12,037 bases of DNA from Candidatus Thorarchaeota archaeon. GTDB lineage: Archaea; Asgardarchaeota; Thorarchaeia; Thorarchaeales; Thorarchaeaceae. The number at the start of each line of letters is the position of its first letter. Positions within the stretch are counted from its first letter, which is position 1. The notes beneath the pieces are model-generated. The model did no database searches. It saw only the letters and a program-made list of their open reading frames with translations, and had not been told where the DNA came from. Positions 1-7,583 of the stretch are shown piece by piece. The translations under genes were made by a program, and so were the position numbers. The stretch covers positions 35,269 to 47,305 of the forward strand of contig JBHLRS010000023.1 in NCBI GenBank assembly GCA_048882325.1, written 5' to 3'.

Positions 1-2
1 CC

Positions 3-2534
3 ATATTCACAATCATTTCCATTGCTATTTCAGTAAGTTTACTTCTCTCCTCCTTCTCAATAGGCTCATCGCTTCAGCTGAATTCAGCGGAGTATATTCG
101 AGCAACAACATCTCCTATTGATATCACAGTTGCATCAACTCAGTGGGACTCTCCAATTGATACAGTGTTAATGAACAGAATATCAAGAGACCCCAATGTT
201 GTCAATATAATCCCACGAATAGAGGAAACTGCGCAATTTCAGAATGGGTCGGATTGGCTCCACTTTTTGCTAGTTGGAATTGATCCTTCTAAAGAACGAC
301 ATATCGGCAGTTTCGGAGTGACTGATGGCGTCTTTGACCTCAATGGATCCCTCTGCTTCATGTCAGACTCAGCTATGCGCCTGTCCAATCTCTCGATTGG
401 AGATCACATGGAACTGCACACATCCTCTGGAATCCATTTCTTTGAGATTGCAGGATATGGAAATGTACTCGACAAGGGAGTTGTAGGGCCTGCGGTCATT
501 ATCCATCTTGATAGTGCCTGGGACATTTTTGGAATACGTTATCCTGATCACTCCACCAACAAGCTGCTGGTCGAGGTTGAGCACGTGTTTATGATTCCAT
601 CGACCATCAGTCATCTGACCTCTGTCTGTGGTCCAGATTTTGTCATAAGTAACCAAAAGACGTACAATCTATGGACTGCAAATGTCTTTCTCTCCCAGGT
701 GAACTTCGTGTTGGGGACTCTAGTAGTTACAGTATTCTTCATTGCTGCACTGAGGATATTCTCTTCTTATACACTAATCTTCACAGAGCGGAGGTACGAA
801 ACGGGTCTGATGCTTGCATTTGGAGCATCAAAATATAATATACTGACAGTACTACTAGCTGAAATCAGCACGGTAGGAGCGGCTGGAGCTATCATAGGTG
901 TATTCCTGAGTTTGTTGACAGGCAATCTCCTATCTTCTGTTGCAGGCTCTATAATGACAATTCTCAGTCCAATCAAGACGGAAGCTCTATTTCAACCCGG
1001 TTTTGCTATGAATCCACAGTTAATGTCACTCTCTATTGTGGCTGGAATCATGCTGACAGTGGTGGCTGGCTTAATCCCAGCTGTGATAGCATCACGTCAA
1101 CCTGTCATCGAGAGCCTGAAACATGTCTATTCTGGAGTAGCTGCCCCAGTGTCCATTTCTAAAAGAATCAGAAAGATGGTGTGGTCATTCTTTCTGGTCG
1201 TTGGTATCGTACTTACACTACTGACATCATTGCAGTTGATATCCGATGTCTTATCACTACAGGTTCTAAGAAGCGACCTCCTTCGAGTATTGGCTGTCCC
1301 CTCATTTCTCCTTTTAATGAGTGGCCTCTCAGGATACTTGGCAATACCTTCATCCGTTGTTAGAGCAATTCAGAGGGTCACAAAACCGGTTATTCGGAAA
1401 CTATTCTCTGCAAGTCTGAAGCGAAGATCTGTAGGAGCCCTTCTTGTTTTCAATCTCTTTGTGTCAGTATCTGTGATCTTCATGCTTTCATCCAATGTTA
1501 GCTATACTCTCCTAGGCTCATGGGAGAACACAATTGGTTGGCAGAGTGCCTCTGCCAATGTCGTTGCATATCTTGATGAAAATCTTGGATTGGAGGAACT
1601 CGAGAGGATACGAGAACAACAGAATATCACTGAGATGTCTGAAATGAGTAGTACCTACCAATTTCTTAAGCATCAAGACCTCATCGACACGGGATTAGTT
1701 TTTGGCATCGAACCGGATACTTTTCAGAATCTAGCAGCAATAGGTATACAAGATTCTCTCAATCTCAGTGCAGGTCTTTCCATTCTAGATATGACCAACT
1801 CATGTGTCCTGTCTGAATTCGCAGCTCAAGAACTCGATGTGCGGGTTGGTGGTGAATTGGAGGTGGCAGATTTGATCAACTTAACAGTAGTCGCTATCTG
1901 TGATTCATCAGTGCCAGTTTTTCTATTCACCATTATCGAACCATTGTTTCTGTTTGTGAACACGGACACATGGGAACTGGTAGTTCAAGAACCGTTTACC
2001 CCGAGTGGATTCCTTTTTGATAGCCAGACTCCCGAATCCTCAGTATCATACCTCTCAGAGATCCCTGGGGTCTATCCTGTTCTTGTATCAACTGTTTTCT
2101 ATGATTACGGGACAGCACTAGACTCAATTAGGGTTACTGTAAATCTCACCCTAGGTCTACTCTTGTTCACAGTTGTCATCAGTGCAGTTCTCAGTGGGTG
2201 GTCTGCAGCCACAACCAGAAGGCGTGAGATTGGTATGCTAAGAGCTCAAGGGATGGAAAGTGGGGAGATTGCTAAGATCTTGTCATTAGAGAATGCTGTC
2301 CCGATGACTTCTGGTATGATTTGGGGGCTGCTTGTCGGTTTCATGGCTAATCTCTCTCTTGCACACATCATCAGGAGATTCTCAGGAGGGTACTTTTCAT
2401 TCATTGATTTCAACTCAGTCTTTCTTATCTTCTTGATATTCCTCGTTTCTGTTCTGGTATCATACCTCGCAAGTCGTCAGGCTACAAAGGCCTCTGTAGC
2501 CAATCTATTGAACGACCGTCAGAAATCATCATGA
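3..2534 (+). CDS. FtsX/MacB-family ABC transporter permease with duplicated architecture, 5'-truncated by the window edge
   Basis: The frame is open from position 3 (IFTIISIAISVSLLLSSFSIG..., a first TM helix), so the listed start at 165 is not the true start. Two FtsX C-terminal signatures are present (ERRYETGLMLAFGAS and RRREIGMLRAQGM), each followed by TM helices and preceded by a large extracytoplasmic domain. No ATPase subunit lies in the window. Confidence 0.9.
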   Translation: MFTIISIAISVSLLLSSFSIGSSLQLNSAEYIRATTSPIDITVASTQWDSPIDTVLMNRISRDPNVVNIIPRIEETAQFQNGSDWLHFLLVGIDPSKERHIGSFGVTDGVFDLNGSLCFMSDSAMRLSNLSIGDHMELHTSSGIHFFEIAGYGNVLDKGVVGPAVIIHLDSAWDIFGIRYPDHSTNKLLVEVEHVFMIPSTISHLTSVCGPDFVISNQKTYNLWTANVFLSQVNFVLGTLVVTVFFIAALRIFSSYTLIFTERRYETGLMLAFGASKYNILTVLLAEISTVGAAGAIIGVFLSLLTGNLLSSVAGSIMTILSPIKTEALFQPGFAMNPQLMSLSIVAGIMLTVVAGLIPAVIASRQPVIESLKHVYSGVAAPVSISKRIRKMVWSFFLVVGIVLTLLTSLQLISDVLSLQVLRSDLLRVLAVPSFLLLMSGLSGYLAIPSSVVRAIQRVTKPVIRKLFSASLKRRSVGALLVFNLFVSVSVIFMLSSNVSYTLLGSWENTIGWQSASANVVAYLDENLGLEELERIREQQNITEMSEMSSTYQFLKHQDLIDTGLVFGIEPDTFQNLAAIGIQDSLNLSAGLSILDMTNSCVLSEFAAQELDVRVGGELEVADLINLTVVAICDSSVPVFLFTIIEPLFLFVNTDTWELVVQEPFTPSGFLFDSQTPESSVSYLSEIPGVYPVLVSTVFYDYGTALDSIRVTVNLTLGLLLFTVVISAVLSGWSAATTRRREIGMLRAQGMESGEIAKILSLENAVPMTSGMIWGLLVGFMANLSLAHIIRRFSGGYFSFIDFNSVFLIFLIFLVSVLVSYLASRQATKASVANLLNDRQKSS

Positions 2535-2536
2535 GA

Positions 2537-2545
2537 TTCTTTTTT
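2537..2545 (+). terminator. Oligo-T archaeal terminator candidate between convergent genes
   Basis: TTCTTTTTT lies immediately after the permease stop codon. Confidence 0.45.
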
Positions 2546-2562
2546 GGGTATTCAACTACCTC

Positions 2563-3384
2563 TCATAGATTACGGCTCCAGAACTTCTTGCCGGCTTTCT
2601 CCTCATCCATTTCAGCGAGTATCCTCACAGCCTCGTTTCCACATTTTATGACGTCATTCTCTCCCTTTACAGCAAACTCATCCTTGACCCTGTTTGCATA
2701 AACAGCACATGCAGCACCCGTTCTGAATCCATAGATATTTCCAAGAGTGAATACTGTAGCTGCCTCCATCTCGAAGTTTGCCACATTTGCATTTGTGAGA
2801 TCTTGAATCAGTGTTTCACTCATGCTCTGGGTATATCCGCCAAAACCAGGTCGCGACTGCCCTAGATAGAACGAATCAGTAGATGCAGATATCCCAAGAT
2901 GATAGTTCAATCCCAGAGTTTCTGCAGCCTCTATGAATGCAAGCACCACCTCATATGACGCAGCCGCAGGATACTCGGGTCTTACATACTGTTTGCTTGT
3001 CCCCTCCAGACGCACAGCTGCTGTCGAGATAATGATGTCACCAATCTCTATATGTTCTTTCAGTGTCGCACACGAACCAACACGTAGGAAAGTTTCCGCA
3101 CCTACATTAGCAAGTTCTTCAATAACTATTGCTGTACCAGGTCCTCCTATCCCCGTTGAACATGCCGAGATGTCTGCACCCTTGTACTTCCCAGTGTGCG
3201 TGACAAACTGTCTATGCACCGCAACCTCCTTCGCCTCATCCCAAAGAGCACTAATACGCTGAACTCTTTGAGGGTCTCCAGGAATCAGTACAGTTCTGGC
3301 CACATCTCCTTTCTTGACCTCAAGGTGGTATTGTTCTCTATCTTCAGTAACTGGTCGGGTCGCAGATATCTTCTTGCCTGCCAT
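2563..3384 (-). CDS. udp: Uridine phosphorylase (NP-I family)
   Basis: Motifs: QYHL, PGDPQRV, HRQF, STGIGGPGTAIVIEEL, RVGSC, SFYLGQSR (uridine-specific Q/R pair) and FEME. An AGGTGG RBS precedes the ATG. Confidence 0.92.
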   Translation of the reverse strand: MAGKKISATRPVTEDREQYHLEVKKGDVARTVLIPGDPQRVQRISALWDEAKEVAVHRQFVTHTGKYKGADISACSTGIGGPGTAIVIEELANVGAETFLRVGSCATLKEHIEIGDIIISTAAVRLEGTSKQYVRPEYPAAASYEVVLAFIEAAETLGLNYHLGISASTDSFYLGQSRPGFGGYTQSMSETLIQDLTNANVANFEMEAATVFTLGNIYGFRTGAACAVYANRVKDEFAVKGENDVIKCGNEAVRILAEMDEEKAGKKFWSRNL

Positions 3385-3483
3385 CTAAACCACCTGTAAT
3401 AGGCATGAACATGATGATTTGTTACTTTCGCATCACTCGCTAAGCATATAGGGGAAGACAACTTCTACTGAAAATCGTGTGAG

Positions 3484-4380
3484 ATGATTGACATGTCAAA
3501 GCTTGATGATTTACACCATCTGAATCTAGGAAAACGGACTCGACTTCATCGCATGTTGTATGAACATGGACCAGGTAATGGTACCATGATCATCCTTCCA
3601 ATTGACCAAGGGATGGAACATGGTCCTATTGATTTCTTCACAGAACATGACTGTCTTAATCCGGAATATCAATTCAGACTCGCTGTCGAGGGAGGTTATT
3701 CTGGTATCGCACTACACCTTGGACTGGCAGAGAAGTATGCTCACAAGTTTGCTGGTAAAGTTCCCATTGTGTTGAAAATCAACGGAAAGACTCGTATTCC
3801 TCCTGCAAATGAACCAGTCTCCCCTATGACCGGGTCCGTTGAGGATGCTGTTCGAATTGGTGCTGATGCTGTTGGATACACACTCTATGTTGGTAGTCCT
3901 AATCAACACACTGACTTTACACAATTCAGGAAAGTGAAACAGGATTCAGAGAGATATGGTATGCCAATTATCGTGTGGGCATATCCGCGGGGTGAGGCTG
4001 TTGACAAGAAGGGTGGTCGGGACTCCCTATTCGCAATCGATTATGCTGCAAGGGTGGCAGATGAGCTGGGAGCTGATGTCGTCAAGCTAAACGTCCCAAC
4101 AACAAGTGCAAAGAGCAGGTCAATGCAACGCCCGCCCTACAATGAGCTGGATTTAACCACAGATGAGCTGGTTGCAAAGGTAGTCAAATCTGCAGGAAAG
4201 ACAATGGTTCTATTCTCGGGTGGAGGAATGGTTTCAGATGACGAGGTCATTGAACGAGCTCGGATTTGCATGGAGCAGGGTGCTACAGGGTTAATCTTTG
4301 GTCGAAACATGTGGCAAAGAAACTGGGACGATGCTCTGAAAATGACCAAGACACTGAAAGACATGATGTTGAAAGTCTAG
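3484..4380 (+). CDS. fbaB: Class I (DhnA/FbaB-type) fructose-bisphosphate aldolase; start may be 3493
   Basis: Motifs: ILPIDQGMEHGP, LKING, SVEDAVRIGADAVGYTLYVGS, WAYPRG (catalytic Tyr), GADVVK (Schiff-base Lys), FSGG and IFGRNMWQR. Confidence 0.88.
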   Translation: MIDMSKLDDLHHLNLGKRTRLHRMLYEHGPGNGTMIILPIDQGMEHGPIDFFTEHDCLNPEYQFRLAVEGGYSGIALHLGLAEKYAHKFAGKVPIVLKINGKTRIPPANEPVSPMTGSVEDAVRIGADAVGYTLYVGSPNQHTDFTQFRKVKQDSERYGMPIIVWAYPRGEAVDKKGGRDSLFAIDYAARVADELGADVVKLNVPTTSAKSRSMQRPPYNELDLTTDELVAKVVKSAGKTMVLFSGGGMVSDDEVIERARICMEQGATGLIFGRNMWQRNWDDALKMTKTLKDMMLKV

Positions 4381-4420
4381 GAACTGCTTTTTCACGTTCC
4401 AGTAAGTGTCTCACCACATG

Positions 4421-4434
4421 AGAACTATTATATG
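4421..4434 (+). promoter_or_regulatory. BRE/TATA candidate for the FBP aldolase/phosphatase gene
   Basis: AGAACTATTATATG lies about 80 nt upstream of the ATG and follows a T-tract (4387-4393) after the aldolase stop. A GGAG RBS precedes the start. Confidence 0.5.
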
Positions 4435-4511
4435 GGTAAAGAATAGTTGAAAGAATCATAGGCTTCACTGTCTGAAGCTATACTCTCACCAAGAAATGGA
4501 GCGAGATACGT

Positions 4512-5660
4512 ATGGTTGAAACCACCATTAGCGTAATCAAAGCAGACATTGGCTCACTAGCAGGCCATGTCATTGTGCCCGATTTCCTCTTTGAACTTGC
4601 GAGGAAAGAGTTGAAAGAAGCGGTCAATAAGAAGATTATCAATGACTTCCATGTCGCCAATGCAGGTGACGATCTTGAATTGATCATGACCCACAACAAG
4701 GGTGAGGGGGCAGAGGATGTTCACAAACTAGCTTGGGACACATTCATGAAAGGTACTGAGCTCGCTCGTGAAAAGAAGATTTACGCAGCAGGACAAGACA
4801 TGCTTGCTGACACTTTTAGCGGTAATGTCAAAGGTATGGGTCCTGGTTCCGCTGAGATGGTGATTGAAGAACGAAGGTCCGAACCAATCGCTGTCTTCAT
4901 GGCTGATAAGACCGAACCTGGTGCATTCAACTTGCCACTCTACAAGATGTTTGCAGACCCGTTCAACACAGCAGGTCTGGTCATCGATCCTAACCTTCAC
5001 AATGGCTTTCGGTTCGTCATTCAAGATATCATGAAGGATATTCCATGTTTCATTGAGATGAAGACTCCGGAGGAGTCATACGATGTTCTGGCATTACTCG
5101 GAAGCACAGGTCGCTACACGATAAAGAAGGTCTATCGTGCAGATGGAATGATAACTGCTTCCGTCAGTACTGACAAACTTCACGCAGTAGCTGGTAAGTA
5201 TGTTGGGAAGGATGATCCAGTGGCTATTGTCAGAGCTCATTCTGGGTTACCAGCAATGGGTGAGGTCCTAGAAGCATTCACACTACCACATCTCGTATCT
5301 GGTTGGATGCGTGGCTCACACTCTGGTCCACTACTTCCAGTCGGTCTCAAGGATTCACGATGCACACGATTCGACGGTCCTCCACGAGTTGTTGGACTTG
5401 GATTCCAGGTAACAAATGGAATGTTAATTGGTCCTGTTGACCTATTCGATGATGTTGCGTTCGACATCACTCGACAGAGAGGCATGGAGATTGCTGATTA
5501 TCTAAGGCGAACCGGTCCATTCCAACCACATCGCCTTGGCGAGCACGAGATGGAATACACAACCTTACCTAAGGTCCTTACTCGTTGTGAAAACCGTTTC
5601 ACCGAGGAAGAAATTGTACCCTCTGGTAAAGCAAAGGACACCTCTGACTCTGCAGAGTAA
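4512..5660 (+). CDS. fbp: Bifunctional fructose-1,6-bisphosphate aldolase/phosphatase (class V FBPase)
   Basis: Motifs: KADIGSLAGH, GDDLELIMTH, GQDML..FSGNVKGMGPG, DKTEPGAFN, GKYVGKDDP (Schiff-base Tyr/Lys/Asp), GWMRGSH, RFDGPP, GPFQPHRL and EMEYTTLP. Confidence 0.97.
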   Translation: MVETTISVIKADIGSLAGHVIVPDFLFELARKELKEAVNKKIINDFHVANAGDDLELIMTHNKGEGAEDVHKLAWDTFMKGTELAREKKIYAAGQDMLADTFSGNVKGMGPGSAEMVIEERRSEPIAVFMADKTEPGAFNLPLYKMFADPFNTAGLVIDPNLHNGFRFVIQDIMKDIPCFIEMKTPEESYDVLALLGSTGRYTIKKVYRADGMITASVSTDKLHAVAGKYVGKDDPVAIVRAHSGLPAMGEVLEAFTLPHLVSGWMRGSHSGPLLPVGLKDSRCTRFDGPPRVVGLGFQVTNGMLIGPVDLFDDVAFDITRQRGMEIADYLRRTGPFQPHRLGEHEMEYTTLPKVLTRCENRFTEEEIVPSGKAKDTSDSAE

Positions 5661-5663
5661 TTG

Positions 5664-5696
5664 AGAGTGGGACTTCAAGTCCCCTCTTTTCATTTT
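5664..5696 (+). terminator. Hairpin plus T-tract terminator candidate
   Basis: AGAG(T)GGGACT-TCA-AGTCCCCTCT forms a 10-bp stem with one bulge and is followed by TTTCATTTT. Confidence 0.6.
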
Positions 5697-5718
5697 GCAA
5701 AATCAAACAGTTACCGGT

Positions 5719-6009
5719 CTATCCCGTTCTCTTGATGATATGATAGCCATACTTAGTCTTGACTGGTTCGTTTGTCATTGCGCCGACATTCAGGTTGAAC
5801 GCGGCCTTTTCGAACTCCGGGACCATCTGTCCCTTTGTAAACCAGCCTAGGTCTCCGCCCTTCTTCTTTGATGGGCAGTTGCTATATTGCTTGGCAATTG
5901 CTTTGAAATCATCGCCTTCCTTTATTCGACTAATTAGCCCGAGTGCTTGGCTGTGTTTATCGACCAGAATGTGGCTCGCGCGGACCTTGCCGGCTTTTCC
6001 TTTTGCCAT
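5719..6009 (-). CDS. ppiC: Single-domain parvulin peptidyl-prolyl cis-trans isomerase (96 aa)
   Basis: Motifs: VRASHILV, AKQYSNCPS, GGDLGWF..GQMVPEFEKAAF and PVKTKYGYHII. A GGTGA RBS upstream of ATG 6009 supports this start over 6018. Confidence 0.95.
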   Translation of the reverse strand: MAKGKAGKVRASHILVDKHSQALGLISRIKEGDDFKAIAKQYSNCPSKKKGGDLGWFTKGQMVPEFEKAAFNLNVGAMTNEPVKTKYGYHIIKRTG

Positions 6010-6132
6010 TGAAATCACCGAGATTCTGAGTTTGCCATTGGTGCTGCGGTCTTAAACTTGTCCAATGGTTCACCTATCCGAGGCTTTATGTCGAATTGCG
6101 CATTGAATCCTGCATTGGCAGGTAGATGTTCC

Positions 6133-7173
6133 ATGAAAGCGACAGTATTCCATGAGCACGGACCTCCGGATGTCTTGACGTATGAAGACATTCCTGATCC
6201 AGAAGTTGGTCCCAATCAGGTACTTGTAGATGTTAAAGCAGTAGCCCTCAATCACCTCGATCTGTTTGTCCGACAAGGAATTCCTGGACTCAATCTTGAG
6301 ATGCCACACATTCTCGGTAGTGACATATCTGGAGTAGTGAAAGAAATTGGCACCAGTGTTGAAAGTTCGCTTGAGGTAGGCCAGAAGGTGGTCATTGATC
6401 CCGGTCGGTCTTGTGGTGTCTGTGAGTACTGCATACGTGGTGAGGAGTCACTCTGTGCAAAGTATGGAATAATAGGTGAACATTACAGAGGTGGTTATGC
6501 TGCCTTCTTCTCTGCGGAAGCAAGAAACGTGATTCCTGTTCCTGAATATTGTGAGTTTGATTTCAATGAATTAGCAGCAGCGCCTCTCACTTTCATGACC
6601 GCATGGCGTATGCTCATGTCCAAGGCTCAGATCAAACTAGGTGATGAAGTTCTGATCATCGGAATTGGTGGCGGAGTTGCTTTAGCTGCATTGCAGATAG
6701 CGAAGTTGGCAGGAGCTCGTGTGATCGTCACAAGTTCATCAGATGAGAAGCTGGAGAAGGCCCTTGAAATGGGTGCCAGTATGGGTATCAACTATCAAAA
6801 CAATCCAGACTTTCACAAAGAGGTGTTTGCACTTACAAATCGTCGAGGTGTGGACATAGTTGTCGACTCTGTGGGAGAAGCAACCTGGGAAAAGTCTCTC
6901 CGAAGTCTCACAAAGGGCGGACGACTAGTCACGTGTGGTGCTACCTCCGGTCCCAATGCCATGACTAATGTAAATCTGGTCTTCTGGAAACAACTTGAGA
7001 TACTTGGTTCTACAATGGGTAGTCGCTCTGAACTTCGGGCGGTCCTCAAACTTGTTTGGACTGGTGATCTCACACCTGTTGTTGATCGTGTGTTTCCATT
7101 GTCAAAAGCAAAAGAGGCTCACGAACTTCTTGAGAAAGGCGAACAATTTGGAAAACTGGTTCTGAATCCATGA
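6133..7173 (+). CDS. Medium-chain dehydrogenase/reductase (Zn-ADH-like / quinone or enoyl reductase type)
   Basis: Typical N-terminus MKATVFHEHGPPDVL at ATG 6133. Structural Zn motif CGVCEYC-x7-C, Rossmann motif GIGGGVA, and C-terminal GKLVL. ALNHLD and LGSD replace the catalytic-Zn GxCHxD and GHE motifs. Confidence 0.9.
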   Translation: MKATVFHEHGPPDVLTYEDIPDPEVGPNQVLVDVKAVALNHLDLFVRQGIPGLNLEMPHILGSDISGVVKEIGTSVESSLEVGQKVVIDPGRSCGVCEYCIRGEESLCAKYGIIGEHYRGGYAAFFSAEARNVIPVPEYCEFDFNELAAAPLTFMTAWRMLMSKAQIKLGDEVLIIGIGGGVALAALQIAKLAGARVIVTSSSDEKLEKALEMGASMGINYQNNPDFHKEVFALTNRRGVDIVVDSVGEATWEKSLRSLTKGGRLVTCGATSGPNAMTNVNLVFWKQLEILGSTMGSRSELRAVLKLVWTGDLTPVVDRVFPLSKAKEAHELLEKGEQFGKLVLNP

Positions 7174-7254
7174 CCAACCTAGTAATACCCCGATACGCAC
7201 CACAATCAGACACCGTTTCATTATGTTCTTTGTATTGGATTGTCTTGGTGTACA

Positions 7255-7485
7255 ATGAGAGTCGTAACGATATGCCTCCCTGAGTCCTATGTTGAAGGCG
7301 TGGATGAGCTTATTGGCCAGAACAAATACCCCAATCGATCTGAGGTCATTCGAATTGCAATTCGAGACCTTCTTGTTGATGAGCTCTGGGGAGACCGTAA
7401 ACCATCCAATAGTCTACCTCTCGTTGCTCAACTTGAGAAACTCGCGCAAGTCCAGAAGTTCCCTCAAGAACCTCCCTCTGGATAG
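7255..7485 (+). CDS. Ribbon-helix-helix (CopG/Arc/MetJ) transcription regulator, CdrS-like
   Basis: MRVVTICLPESYVEGVDELI..KYPNRSEVIRIAIRDLL gives an alternating beta strand plus the PNRSE.IR.A.R helix signature. A GGTG RBS precedes ATG 7255. Confidence 0.88.
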   Translation: MRVVTICLPESYVEGVDELIGQNKYPNRSEVIRIAIRDLLVDELWGDRKPSNSLPLVAQLEKLAQVQKFPQEPPSG

Positions 7486-7583
7486 ATACAACCGAACTAT
7501 CTTTTTCAATATCTGTAAGCTACAAATGCAAGAGCAAGACAGGGACAAATATTGCTCTCTCTCGACTAGGAGCTAACTAGAAA

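Noticed and set aside
3411-3471. Possible C/D box sRNA (ATGATGA at 3411, CTGA at 3468)
   Set aside because: The internal D'/C' boxes are poor, guide spacing is irregular, and the region must hold the divergent udp/aldolase promoters. No target complementarity could be verified.
6058-6132. N-terminal extensions in the ORF track (6058, 6018, 7240, 8907, 10726, 11298, 11335)
   Set aside because: Downstream starts match family N-termini and/or RBS motifs, and the extensions run through promoters or neighbouring genes.
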